In this document: piece after piece, positions 35,725 through 45,905 of the stretch
How the letters are laid out: each line of letters starts with the position of its first letter
Position numbering within the stretch: position 1 is the first letter of the stretch
Sequence record: NC_021531.1
Direction: 5' to 3' (one strand)
Length of the DNA stretch: 64,000 bases
Notes under the pieces: generated by a model
Databases searched by the model: none
The model's input: the letters and a program-made list of their open reading frames with translations, nothing else
What the model was told of the DNA's origin: nothing
Translations under genes and position numbers: made by a program

Positions 35725-37356
35725 GTGAGAAAGCTGAACTGGGTAGACTTCTATTTGTTGAACGTCAACAAAAGTCTGGTATCGACCCTAAAACCGATAA
35801 CCACCACCGACACCTTCGCGGGGATGACCAAGAACTTTCACCCTGAGGGATTGTATTCGACCGAAATATTCGGGCCTGTGGGAAAAGAAGAGCGCGATGC
35901 GACTTTCGCCTACATCGACGTAAAACTGGAGATTATCTCTCCCACTGTTGCGTTGGCACTCTTCGGTCTCAAACAACTTTATGAAGAAATTTGTTCCGGT
36001 CGCCGTTATGCTACGTGGAACGAAAAAGAAAAGGACTTTGAGCCTGCCCTGCCGACGGATGCGGGCGCGGATACAGGCTACACGTTTTTCATGAAGCACT
36101 ATCAAGAATTGACTCCGGCACGCAATACGTCATTACGGCGTGATGACACGCTGGACTTCTTTTTTAAATTTCGCCAATACTCACTGAGTCGCTACGTGCT
36201 GGTGCTTCCAGCTGGACTGCGTGACCTGATGATTCGTCAGGATGGGCGAGATCAAGAAGAAGAGATTAACCCCATTTACCGTCGTCTGATTACGTTGTCG
36301 CGGGCAGTGCCTGAAAAGGCACAAGCGTCGACTATCACCGACCCGGTACGCTGGAGAATCCAGTCAACCTTTAATGAAATCTGGGATTACTTCTTTACCC
36401 TGATGGATGGCAAACGCGGGTACGCTCGCTCAAAAGTTACCAGCCGTAAAATCATGAACGGCACACGTAACGTTTTGTCATCCGCACAGGTCGGCTCCAT
36501 TGAGATGGGCCGTGAAGACCAGATTCGTGCAACGGATACCCGTCAAGGGTTACTGCAAACGTTAAAGGCACTGCTCCCGGTCGCACAGCATTACATTCGT
36601 GAACGCTATCTGGCGAACATCCGGGCAGGTGACGGTAACCTTTACGGGGTTAATGTCAAAACGCTCAAACGTGAGTTTCTGGAAGTAAGTGGTAAGGTCT
36701 ATGACCAATATGCCACCGACGAAGGCGTTGAGAAACTTATCAACCGCCTCGAAGACCGTGCTGCCAGACACCAACCTCTTTATATCGATAAGAACCACTA
36801 CGTTGCCCTGATTTATCAGGACGATAAACGTTTTAAAGTGTTCTACGATATCGACGAATTACCGTCGGACTTCAAGCGCGAGAACGTCAGCGGGATAACC
36901 CTCGTTGAGTTGCTCTATCTGTCCGGGTATGACATCTGGAACGATTACTTCGCTTTCGTTACACGTTATCCAGTTGCAGGTCGTGGTTCGACCTACAGCT
37001 CGACCATAAGATTGGAAACCACCACGCCGTCTACCATGAAAACCGAGTTAGATGAGAACTGGGAACCGAAATCAGGTAAGCCTGCTATTTCTTTTCCTCT
37101 GCGACACATCAACGACTTCGTGGAATCGATGGCGGTGCACCCGTCACGATTGGGCGGCTTAGGTGGGGACTACGATGGTGACATGACGTCAAGTAACGCC
37201 ATTATGAGTGAAGAAGCTTTGGAAGAGAACCGTAAGTGGCTTGATAGCCGCGAATACTGGTTTGACACTTCCGGTCGTTTCAAGATGAACCCGACCAACG
37301 ACGTAATTGACCGTACGCTCGCTGCACTATTGAAGCCCCCGGTCAAAAGGACCTAA
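35725..37356 (+). CDS. virion RNA polymerase beta' subunit, N-terminal/catalytic fragment (phiKZ gp180-like)
   Basis: EGLYSTEIFGP, LPAGLRD, TRYPV and the catalytic LGGDYDGD. GTG start after GGAG. Confidence 0.93.
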   Translation: MRKLNWVDFYLLNVNKSLVSTLKPITTTDTFAGMTKNFHPEGLYSTEIFGPVGKEERDATFAYIDVKLEIISPTVALALFGLKQLYEEICSGRRYATWNEKEKDFEPALPTDAGADTGYTFFMKHYQELTPARNTSLRRDDTLDFFFKFRQYSLSRYVLVLPAGLRDLMIRQDGRDQEEEINPIYRRLITLSRAVPEKAQASTITDPVRWRIQSTFNEIWDYFFTLMDGKRGYARSKVTSRKIMNGTRNVLSSAQVGSIEMGREDQIRATDTRQGLLQTLKALLPVAQHYIRERYLANIRAGDGNLYGVNVKTLKREFLEVSGKVYDQYATDEGVEKLINRLEDRAARHQPLYIDKNHYVALIYQDDKRFKVFYDIDELPSDFKRENVSGITLVELLYLSGYDIWNDYFAFVTRYPVAGRGSTYSSTIRLETTTPSTMKTELDENWEPKSGKPAISFPLRHINDFVESMAVHPSRLGGLGGDYDGDMTSSNAIMSEEALEENRKWLDSREYWFDTSGRFKMNPTNDVIDRTLAALLKPPVKRT

Positions 37357-37358
37357 TC

Positions 37359-40300
37359 ATGTTGCTGATTAAACAGTTCAACCGTTTGTTCTCGGTACGT
37401 ATGTTGCAAGAATACGGTGCCCCGAGAATAATTCCGCTGGATAAGTTAAAAATCCCGCGCGGTTCCGTGTACCATAGTTTTGACATGTCGGGGGAGATTG
37501 CTCCTCCGCAAACCCTGCCGATTTTCGAACTGGAAAAGCCGGCACAGATTCGTCACCACTCTAAACTCGCAGCCGAAGGCTTGGTGGGTCGCCCTATCCC
37601 AGTTCCGGTGCAGGGGCAAGAGCGTGCGATTCTGCAGTACCACCGTAACAACCGTCAAATGCGTCGTATGAAATCCGAAGAGGTTATTGAAAAAGACCTC
37701 CGTACGATGCTGGTTGAGAACTACGCACCGATTCTGCCACGTTACCGTTATGCGGACACCATCTTTGCATGGTACGACCGTCTGCGTAACCTGATGATCA
37801 CTTTCCGTGACCAGCTGGCGTACGATGCGGAAAAATTCCCGCGTCAGAACTACTTCATTCTGGAAGTGGGCGACACCATGCCTGCGTTCAACCGTTTCCG
37901 TAATACCTACGGCGACCGTTCGAACAAAAGTAAAATGGAGCACTTCCAGTCATGGTCTTTGCTGTGGCTGTTAGAGCTGTTTGCATGGGCGGACGGTGAC
38001 CGTGACAACTCCCTGTTCGGAAATCTGGACATTACCCAGCTGTCACGTATCAATATCATTCTCACCCACAACCAAGCGTTTACCACCATTAACCTTGGCA
38101 TGCTGGAACGTCTGCGTGCCGGTGAGAAAGGTAAGCTGTCTGATGACCAGATGGCTCGTCGTTTCTACCGCACCGTTGTGGCTGTAATGACCCAGCCGCC
38201 TGTCCAGAACATGGACACCGACTTCGTGACCCCGCACGGGGACGAGATGCACATTGAGCGTCACGACCCTGTCGAAGACGTAACCCCGATTCAGGATTTG
38301 GATGACTCTGAACTCGAAGCGGAGATTGCGCGTTTTGATGAGCAGATGTTCGATGCGGAAGAAGAAGTTAAAGCTGCTGCGCCGAAAGAAGACGTTAAGC
38401 CGACCACGATTGTCGTGGAGAAAGCCATTAACCATGAAGCTATCATTCAAAGCGAACTGGATAAGCTGGCCGAAGCGGGACGTCTGTCTGCCAAAGCGTA
38501 TCAGGTATTGAAAGAAGCCCCGGCGAAATTCAAACAGCTGCCTAACCCGTACAACCCGAAAGAGAGTTACGGTGAAGCACTGGAGATTAAACCGGAAGAG
38601 CTGGAAGTATCGCCAACGGTTGTCTTTAAAGACGCAACGTTGGTTGAACCGTCTTGGACAGAGAACACCACTGACGAGATGATTCGCCGCTACAACAAAA
38701 CCATGCTGCCTAAAGACATCTTAGGCGCAGTAGCCTCCGCACAACGTCTCGGCTTGGTGATTCATGACCACCGTGTTGAGAAGTCGTATGCGGTCACGGG
38801 TAACGTTGAGCATCACACGCTGCGCATTCAGCCTGTGGGTGGCGAGCCGACCACGGTTCACTTCTCGATGCCTATTCTCGACCGTGATGGTAACTGGCGT
38901 GCTAACGGCGTGGATTACACCATGCGTCGTCAGCGTGTTGACATCCCGATTCGTAAAGTGGCCCACGATACGGTTGCATTGACCACTGCGTACGGTAAGA
39001 ACTTCGTTACCCGCAGTGAGAAAGTCGTGAACGATTATGGCCGTTGGTTAACCAACGAGGTCGTGATTCGTGCAATCGACATCAAAGACACGCACATTAG
39101 TGATGCGCGTCTGGCGAACGTATTCGACCCGTCTTACGTCCTGCCGAAACAATACACCATGATGGCGCGTCGTGTGGCATCGTTCAACTCCATGGGGTAC
39201 ATGTGGAACTTCGATGTCAAGAAAATGGAATCGATGTTCGGCAAAGACGTTCTCGACTCAATGGAGAAGAAAAAGCTTACGCCTGTGGCGAAAGGCAAAG
39301 CGGGTCTGGTCGCAATGGATGCCCAGTCTCAGCTGTATACTGTCAAAGGCGACAAAGTCGAAGCACAGGGCAGTCTCACCGATATGCTCGGCATCGACAG
39401 TGCCAAAGCACCGAAAGAAGTCAGCGAACTGTCCGTCATGGGCAAAGCCATTCCGCTGGGCTTCGTGTTCTCTTACTACCTTGGCCTAACCGGAATGCTC
39501 AAGCACTTCGGGGTTCGCTACGAGGTGCTCCCGCCGGGTCAACGACTTGACAAGTCGGAATACGACATGGTTATCCGTCTGGCGGATGCCAAGATTGTCG
39601 TGATGTGCGATAACGACCAACAGCGCATGGTCGTGAACGGTATGGATAAATACCTCAAACACATGACCGTCTACACCGAGTCGGAGATGGAACGCGAGGA
39701 CGTGTACCTGAACTTGCTGCAGGAAGGAGATAAACTTACTGCCCGTTACATTAACGAACTGAAGCTGATGCGTAACGGCTTCGTTGACGATATGCATGCC
39801 CGTATCTTGCGTCGCATGGGCGAACCAGAGACCTTTATCGGTCTGTTGGAACGTGCGAACGAGATGTTGACCAACGACCACACCAAGCCGGAAATCAACG
39901 GCGAGGAAATGATGTTCGTGGGTAACGCACGTCTGGCGTACCACCTGTACGCAGCGCTGGCGAAGGCTAACCGTAACTATCTGAATGCACCGGCCTCAAC
40001 ACGGCGCTTTGAACTGCCGAATGAACTGGTGTGGGGGGCAATCAACTCTGACCCATCTGTGTTGGTAACGCAGGGGGCGAACCCGATACAATCGATTAAA
40101 GAGAAAGACGTAGTGACCATGGGCGGTACTGGTGGTCGCGACCGTAAGACGATGGTGAAGCACACACGTGAATTTACCAAGTCTGATTTGGGAGTGGTAT
40201 CTGGCGACACCGTGGATAACGGTGACGTAGGTATTACCGCATTCCTGTCGGCTAACCCGCAGTTTGCAACTGTGGACGGGTTGACGAAACCACGCGATTT

Positions 40301-41516
40301 GGATAATCAGCCCATCGGGAGTTTGATGTCGTTTTGTGTAGGATTGGCACCCGATTCACTTATCGACGATGACAAACGTTGGAACTTCGTAAACATCCAG
40401 ATGGGTTCTGCACAAGCTGCAGAGGGGCACGTAGTTACTCCTTATCAAACCGGTCAGGGGAAACTTGTAGCACATCGTACCTCATCCAAACATGCACGCA
40501 TTCTCGAGCAAGACGCCACGGTGTTAGACGTAACCCCTGACGCGATTCGTGTTCGCTATGCAGACAAGACTGAAGAGTCGTTCCCACTAGGACGCTGGTT
40601 CGGAGCACACGAAGGTCAACTCTATCCGCATGACATGGTTACCGAATGGAAGAAAGGCGATAAGCTGAAAGCCAAAACCGTAGTCACGTACAACAGCAAA
40701 CACTTTGCCCCGGACTACTATAACCCGACGCAAGTCAACTGGAAGAATGGCGCTTTGGCGACCGTCGTTCTGATAGAGGGTGAAGAGACGTTCGAAGACT
40801 CCAACGCAATCGATAACACGATTGCCAAACAGTTAGAGGCAGAGACCACCAAGCCGAAAGAAGTGGTAATTGGTTTTAACCAGAACATCCTCGAGGTTAT
40901 CAAAGAGGGCAGTGAGGTGGACATCGATACCATCCTATGCACCTTTAGCGACAACCTTTCTGGCGATATGGAGAACTTCTCGCAGGAAGCGGCGGCAACG
41001 CTGCATGACCTGAGTGCATTCGCACCACGCGCTGGCGTGCGTGGACGGGTGGACAAAATCGAGATTGTGTATCACGGTGATATCGAAGAGATGTCCCCGT
41101 CAGTGGCAGAGCAGGTGAAGAAATACGACCGCATTCGCAAACGCGAAGCAGCCGCCTCTAACGAGGAGCTGGCACCAACAGGTGAGGTAGATGGCGACTA
41201 CCGCGTTGATGGTGTTCCGTTGGCGTATCAGTCTATCTGCATTAAGTTCTACATCTCTCATTTAACAGAGATGGCTGCAGGTGACAAAGCGGTCGTGGCA
41301 AACCAGCTGAAAACCACTGTCCAGTATCGCATGGTCGGCACCAACGAAACCTATTCAGGTCGTCCTATCAACGTGTACTTCGGCCGTAACTCGGTAGAAG
41401 CACGTATCGTGGGCTCGCTCTACAACATCGGCACGTCGAACTTTATCGCCGTCGAAGGTGGGAAGAACGTGCTGAGAATTCTCGATGGGGAAAATATCCC
41501 ACTGCTGAGAATGTAA
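37359..41516 (+). CDS. virion RNA polymerase beta subunit, large fragment (phiKZ gp178-like)
   Basis: 1385 aa. MGGTGGR, TVDNGDVG, GEETFEDS and AGDKAVVANQLK match beta motifs (GYNFEDS, GDKxxGRHGNKG). Confidence 0.9.
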   Translation: MLLIKQFNRLFSVRMLQEYGAPRIIPLDKLKIPRGSVYHSFDMSGEIAPPQTLPIFELEKPAQIRHHSKLAAEGLVGRPIPVPVQGQERAILQYHRNNRQMRRMKSEEVIEKDLRTMLVENYAPILPRYRYADTIFAWYDRLRNLMITFRDQLAYDAEKFPRQNYFILEVGDTMPAFNRFRNTYGDRSNKSKMEHFQSWSLLWLLELFAWADGDRDNSLFGNLDITQLSRINIILTHNQAFTTINLGMLERLRAGEKGKLSDDQMARRFYRTVVAVMTQPPVQNMDTDFVTPHGDEMHIERHDPVEDVTPIQDLDDSELEAEIARFDEQMFDAEEEVKAAAPKEDVKPTTIVVEKAINHEAIIQSELDKLAEAGRLSAKAYQVLKEAPAKFKQLPNPYNPKESYGEALEIKPEELEVSPTVVFKDATLVEPSWTENTTDEMIRRYNKTMLPKDILGAVASAQRLGLVIHDHRVEKSYAVTGNVEHHTLRIQPVGGEPTTVHFSMPILDRDGNWRANGVDYTMRRQRVDIPIRKVAHDTVALTTAYGKNFVTRSEKVVNDYGRWLTNEVVIRAIDIKDTHISDARLANVFDPSYVLPKQYTMMARRVASFNSMGYMWNFDVKKMESMFGKDVLDSMEKKKLTPVAKGKAGLVAMDAQSQLYTVKGDKVEAQGSLTDMLGIDSAKAPKEVSELSVMGKAIPLGFVFSYYLGLTGMLKHFGVRYEVLPPGQRLDKSEYDMVIRLADAKIVVMCDNDQQRMVVNGMDKYLKHMTVYTESEMEREDVYLNLLQEGDKLTARYINELKLMRNGFVDDMHARILRRMGEPETFIGLLERANEMLTNDHTKPEINGEEMMFVGNARLAYHLYAALAKANRNYLNAPASTRRFELPNELVWGAINSDPSVLVTQGANPIQSIKEKDVVTMGGTGGRDRKTMVKHTREFTKSDLGVVSGDTVDNGDVGITAFLSANPQFATVDGLTKPRDLDNQPIGSLMSFCVGLAPDSLIDDDKRWNFVNIQMGSAQAAEGHVVTPYQTGQGKLVAHRTSSKHARILEQDATVLDVTPDAIRVRYADKTEESFPLGRWFGAHEGQLYPHDMVTEWKKGDKLKAKTVVTYNSKHFAPDYYNPTQVNWKNGALATVVLIEGEETFEDSNAIDNTIAKQLEAETTKPKEVVIGFNQNILEVIKEGSEVDIDTILCTFSDNLSGDMENFSQEAAATLHDLSAFAPRAGVRGRVDKIEIVYHGDIEEMSPSVAEQVKKYDRIRKREAAASNEELAPTGEVDGDYRVDGVPLAYQSICIKFYISHLTEMAAGDKAVVANQLKTTVQYRMVGTNETYSGRPINVYFGRNSVEARIVGSLYNIGTSNFIAVEGGKNVLRILDGENIPLLRM

Positions 41517-41521
41517 TCCAC

Positions 41522-41544
41522 CCTGCCGGGTCGCTCCCGGCAGG
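41522..41544 (+). other. GC-rich hairpin without U-tract
   Basis: CCTGCCGGG-TCGCT-CCCGGCAGG. Confidence 0.65.
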
Positions 41545-41567
41545 TTATCTAACTTCCGGAGTTAACC

Positions 41568-41858
41568 ATGGATATTATTCAACAGATTAAACTGCGCTCG
41601 GGTCAGGCAGCGGCCAACCCACAGCAGACCACGGAAACAGCGAGCTACAGCCCGGTAATGCGTATGAACTACCTTACCATGGCCAACGCCGTTGAGCTGT
41701 CTACTGAAATTGTGGCCTCCGTTATCAAAGGTAACGAAGGGATTAGTGGTGAAGTTGACGGAGCGCGTTTACTGAAACGCGATATCGCCGACATGGTAGC
41801 TGCACGTATGGCTGCCCGTTTGTCTGAAGCTGCGGCATCCAAAGGGGATAACCAATAA
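41568..41858 (+). CDS. small conserved hypothetical, probable virion protein
   Basis: GGAG RBS. TAATG overlap with the next gene. Confidence 0.75.
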   Translation: MDIIQQIKLRSGQAAANPQQTTETASYSPVMRMNYLTMANAVELSTEIVASVIKGNEGISGEVDGARLLKRDIADMVAARMAARLSEAAASKGDNQ

Positions 41859-43300
41859 TGATTAACGTCTACTCTTTTAATGCCATTACGCAGGCTATGG
41901 ATCTCGCTAAGGCAAACAACCTGAAAATTGTAACGTGTCAGGACAGCCCGGTCGATCTGCTGAACCGCGCTGCCAGTGGCCCGTCCCTGCTCAATGCGGC
42001 GATTACGGATGAAGAGTTTATTCATCGTCTGCCGGATGAGCTGAAAATTGGTGCGGTGCTGGGTGAAGCAAAAGAAGTGGCGTACGTCAAAGACGGCGGC
42101 CATGCTTCGCTGGTCCCAATTAGTGAGCACGAGATGACTTTGCGCGAACTGGTGAAAATGGCCACGGCGCGTCTCTCGGGCCTGCTGGACTTTTCCCGTA
42201 ACGTGGCTCAGCCGTTTATTCGCTCTGTTATCGAGCAGATTAATGAGCCTGCTGTGGCTGAAGTACAGGAAGAGTGGTCGCTCGTTCCTGTCGCGCTGGA
42301 TTCCATCTTCGACGCTCCTGTTGTGCAGGGCCTGTTGAAGTCTGTCCCGAATCTGTCCGTGGCAAGCTACGAATACGACGCTCTGGAAGGTTTGAAAGTA
42401 CCTGACAATCTGCCGGTGCCGGTGACGGGTTCGAAAGCGTACGATGACCTGATCGTCATTCTGCTGCACGACCTGAAGACCACCCCGACCGAGCTCATGA
42501 CGAAAGCCATTGTCGGTGGCGGGGTGAACCCGTACCGTCCGGAATCTTGGCGTTACGTGAAAGAGCACGTGGCAACCATGCTGTTGGCAGCGTTCTATGT
42601 CGAGAATCCGTGGGAAGGTTCTGGCGTGACGTCAACGAAGTGGGATGTGTATCTGCCGCGTGTATCCGTTGCCAACATTGCGTGGCTGATGGCGTACCTG
42701 AACCAGCTTAACGAGAAAGTGAAAGCCGGTCAGACTGTACTGTCCATCGATGGCGACGCCATGAACGTATACGTTTGTCAGGAAGTCTTCTCTGCTTACA
42801 TCGAGCAAGGCGGTTGCGCTGAAGCCCTGTTGGGCGCAGTCTACACGCAAGAGTCGGAAGACGCTGGTCCGGTATCGACCAACATCGCCTACCTGCTTGA
42901 GCAGCAGAACGAACTCGTGGCAGCTTGGTCACGTCGCAGTGCGGTTACTAAAGCTGCAATGGACACTGACTGGGTCAACACGCATCGCACCAACCTCAAA
43001 AACTCGTTCTACCAGCAAATCGGTGCTGCAGAAGCAGGTCACCTCGGCTTTGCGCCGGATGTGGCTCGCAAGCAATGCTCTGAGTCTATTGACAAGTGCT
43101 TCGGCCGTCAGACTGCAGACATTACCGAATTCGCAATTGAAGTCGCGGCCCGTGACGTCTTTGGCGATGAGTCGGTAGGGCGTATTCTGAAAGCTATCCA
43201 CCGTGGGATGAAAGACGGCGTTGAGCCGGACGTTGCTGCGCGTGATGAACTGGTTGAGTACGTACTCGACTGGGTTCTGGGTAGCCTGTACGTAGAATAA
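41858..43300 (+). CDS. putative virion (head) protein
   Basis: 480 aa with strong codon bias. Lies between vRNAP and the protease (synteny). Confidence 0.6.
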   Translation: MINVYSFNAITQAMDLAKANNLKIVTCQDSPVDLLNRAASGPSLLNAAITDEEFIHRLPDELKIGAVLGEAKEVAYVKDGGHASLVPISEHEMTLRELVKMATARLSGLLDFSRNVAQPFIRSVIEQINEPAVAEVQEEWSLVPVALDSIFDAPVVQGLLKSVPNLSVASYEYDALEGLKVPDNLPVPVTGSKAYDDLIVILLHDLKTTPTELMTKAIVGGGVNPYRPESWRYVKEHVATMLLAAFYVENPWEGSGVTSTKWDVYLPRVSVANIAWLMAYLNQLNEKVKAGQTVLSIDGDAMNVYVCQEVFSAYIEQGGCAEALLGAVYTQESEDAGPVSTNIAYLLEQQNELVAAWSRRSAVTKAAMDTDWVNTHRTNLKNSFYQQIGAAEAGHLGFAPDVARKQCSESIDKCFGRQTADITEFAIEVAARDVFGDESVGRILKAIHRGMKDGVEPDVAARDELVEYVLDWVLGSLYVE

Positions 43301-43310
43301 GGAATCGAGA

Positions 43311-44033
43311 ATGAACGCCATTGAAACAGCAACGCGTGACCCTAAAAAAGTGCATGCGGATTTAGTAGACCAGGACACGATGACCATCACCAAAGGTGGT
43401 TGTTACATTTACGTCCCGGTAGGTTATGCGTCGAAAGAGATGGCGTTCATCTCTTCTGAAGTTCTGATTATGGGGATGTTTGCCATCTCCACTGACCGTA
43501 AAACGTACGGCGTTTCCAACGTAACTACGTTGATTGAAATTACCCCCACCACGTTTGAGCAGGTGGATATATTTGGGGAGCCGTATTACGAGTTTCGATT
43601 TGACCCGGGCACGGTGGTGTTCCCGAACCGGATGCTTCAATGCTTACCCGGTCACGTGTACAACATTGTCTCGTACGTCTATGACTACGGGAATGTGCCT
43701 TTTTGGATGAATGCAGTCGACCACGCCGAATTACTTGCAGATGTGCCGTTGTGGAATACGTTTAAAGTGTTCAACGACCAAATAGACCGCGACGTTTATG
43801 CCGCCCACATCCAACGTAATCCTAAAAACGTCCGTGAGTTTTTCCGCGCCAGTCTGAAAAAGGATAGCGATATTTATAACCCGGTGCAATTCATTCCTCT
43901 ACGTGACGGTTCTTTGAACAAAACGTCTCGGCTGGCGAAACTGTCCGACACGGAACTGCGCCGTGGTATCCGGTCAGCCTTAACCAACGACCCGGTTCGT
44001 GCCGAGCCGCTCGAAGACATCTTTATGCGATAA
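43311..44033 (+). CDS. conserved virion protein, possibly vRNAP-associated (phiKZ gp176-like)
   Basis: 240 aa, directly upstream of the protease. Assignment from remembered synteny only. Confidence 0.45.
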   Translation: MNAIETATRDPKKVHADLVDQDTMTITKGGCYIYVPVGYASKEMAFISSEVLIMGMFAISTDRKTYGVSNVTTLIEITPTTFEQVDIFGEPYYEFRFDPGTVVFPNRMLQCLPGHVYNIVSYVYDYGNVPFWMNAVDHAELLADVPLWNTFKVFNDQIDRDVYAAHIQRNPKNVREFFRASLKKDSDIYNPVQFIPLRDGSLNKTSRLAKLSDTELRRGIRSALTNDPVRAEPLEDIFMR

Positions 44034-44049
44034 TATCTGGAGGATTGCA

Positions 44050-44856
44050 ATGGAAAATATGTCGTTGCGCTATAACTGCGTAGCGCTCGCGGGGGTGAAC
44101 AACCCGCAAGGTTTACAACAGGACGACAGCGGTTACTACCGTGTCCTGTTGGGTGCACTGAACGTGTTCAACTCTGAGAACATCTTCTACACCTACAACG
44201 AATCGAAGCATGTGTTCGAACGTTCGAACATCTTCATGCGTAAGATTGCCGCCGGTAACCTGTACGGTGAATGCGACCACCCTGAATGGGGTCCGGGCAT
44301 GACCGAAGCGGAATTCATGGACCGTAACGAGTGGATTGAAATCACCAACACAGCGTTCCATATCCGCGAAGTCGAGCCTATCGTTACCAACGAAATGTGT
44401 AACGGTCAGCCTGTCGTTGAAATCTGGGGATGGATTAAACCGGAAGACAACGATCTGGGTCGTCGCCTGAAAGCCGGTTTGGATAACCCGCATCAGAACG
44501 TGTGCTTCTCTCTGCGTGCCATCGTGCGTCAAGGTGTCATCGGTGGTGTGCGTACCCGTCGTATCGATAAGCTGGTTACCTTTGACTGGGTTATTGAAGA
44601 CGGCCTGCGTATCTGTAACAAATACTCCAGCATGGTTCGTGGCTCCACGGTAGCTCAGGAATCAACGCGTACCTTTATCGACCGTCCGGTCAGTCGTGAA
44701 GCCTGCCAGCAGATTCTGGCAACCGGCGCACGTCACCTGAAGGTTGCTACCGAGTCTCGCCGCCGTAACGTGGTTGACTCTGCGCGTGAATACCTGTCTA
44801 CCATCGACAGCCGTCCTCAGGTGAAACATGTTGGTTTGGGAGCGAGGGTTTGGTAA
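44050..44856 (+). CDS. prohead maturation protease (phiKZ gp175-like)
   Basis: LYGECDHP (catalytic His), NVCFSLRA (catalytic Ser) and LVTFDWV. Start moved to ATG 44050. Confidence 0.88.
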   Translation: MENMSLRYNCVALAGVNNPQGLQQDDSGYYRVLLGALNVFNSENIFYTYNESKHVFERSNIFMRKIAAGNLYGECDHPEWGPGMTEAEFMDRNEWIEITNTAFHIREVEPIVTNEMCNGQPVVEIWGWIKPEDNDLGRRLKAGLDNPHQNVCFSLRAIVRQGVIGGVRTRRIDKLVTFDWVIEDGLRICNKYSSMVRGSTVAQESTRTFIDRPVSREACQQILATGARHLKVATESRRRNVVDSAREYLSTIDSRPQVKHVGLGARVW

Positions 44857-45474
44857 ATGGCGATTTCGCTGGCGACGTTAGAAACATGGCGTAACGGCCA
44901 GAATCCCAAACTATTCTCGCGTTTGCGGCCTCGTGGGATTGAGACCGCACCTTTGCACATCAGTGCAAGTCCTGTTCGTAAGTTTATTCCCCGTATTCCG
45001 TTGTCCTGCGCACCGGGCGAAGACCAAACGGTCGCTCGTGTCTGTTGCGCACTTTCGTTGGAGAACTGTTTTAAGGGTGCAGCCTGGAACTTTAAAGAGA
45101 CCCCTCCGAAAAGGTTCCACGTGTACGGCTTTAATGAGAACGCGGTGATTGACCCCACCCCGACTCTCACACAAGAGCCGTCTCGGAACGGTGAGGTTTG
45201 GATTGTGCCTCATCGTTTATCGAACTGGGATTTAACACCAGAGTCCGTAGGGCAAATGCGTTTGCACTCCCACACGGAAAATTTGACTCGCTTTACTTAC
45301 ATCTTGCAGACCTACACGGACGTTATCCTCAATGATGAACAGACCCTCGGCAAAGGATGGTGGCGTATCGGTGTCCATTTCAATGGCAATAACGGTATAA
45401 CCCTATCTTACGACGGGGAATCAAACAGTAATGAATTTGGTAACGCGGCAAATGTTTATTCGGTCATTAGCTAG
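44857..45474 (+). CDS. hypothetical protein with possible ADP-ribosyltransferase-like fold
   Basis: PLHISAS...KFIPRIP...EDQTVARVCCALSL...NGEVWIV. The CDS is solid but the fold is inference. Confidence 0.4.
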   Translation: MAISLATLETWRNGQNPKLFSRLRPRGIETAPLHISASPVRKFIPRIPLSCAPGEDQTVARVCCALSLENCFKGAAWNFKETPPKRFHVYGFNENAVIDPTPTLTQEPSRNGEVWIVPHRLSNWDLTPESVGQMRLHSHTENLTRFTYILQTYTDVILNDEQTLGKGWWRIGVHFNGNNGITLSYDGESNSNEFGNAANVYSVIS

Positions 45475-45527
45475 CTTCATTCGGAGCGGTATTCGCGGTC
45501 TGCACCCCTTGAATACAGGAGTCCTCC

Positions 45528-45824
45528 ATGAAATCAGTGAACATCGAGATCCCTCCAACGTTGCGCACGCTTACGACCACTGAGCTGGAGAAGCTGGTAA
45601 TCTACACGGTCAATGGTCGCGCCGGGAAGCCGGTTTTAAGTGAAATCCTGAGTGAACGTTACGACACAAAACGTAAAGTAAATTCAGCAGTTAACAGTCT
45701 GTCGCAAGATGAGCTGGTCAAGTTCTATTGTGATGTGAATGCAGCCAAAGCCAAGATTGATTTCGATCGTGGTTATCTGCTGTTGACTGAGCCGCACCGG
45801 AGTTTTTTCGCTATCAAGCAGTAA
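45528..45824 (+). CDS. hypothetical protein
   Basis: AGGAG RBS. Confidence 0.75.
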   Translation: MKSVNIEIPPTLRTLTTTELEKLVIYTVNGRAGKPVLSEILSERYDTKRKVNSAVNSLSQDELVKFYCDVNAAKAKIDFDRGYLLLTEPHRSFFAIKQ

Positions 45825-45828
45825 TCGG

Positions 45829-45864
45829 CACCCTCCTTCGGGAGGGTGTACTCCTTTCTTTTTT
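45829..45864 (+). terminator. intrinsic terminator
   Basis: CACCCTCC-TTCG-GGAGGGTG followed by a T-run. Confidence 0.8.
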
Positions 45865-45905
45865 CACATGGTTACCTAGGTATGTAGACTACACCTGTAA
45901 GGAAT

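Noticed and set aside
35725-41516. Possible introns or inteins in the RNAP genes (also checked terL and uvsX)
   Set aside because: The frames are uninterrupted, sizes are ordinary for this family, and no intein ends or homing-endonuclease motifs were seen.
41669-42568. 299-aa minus-strand ORF, and similar long antisense ORFs (15586..16281, 49860..50672, 37446..37943, 35051..35593)
   Set aside because: They lie wholly antisense to strongly codon-biased genes, lack RBSs and motifs, and are expected shadow ORFs.
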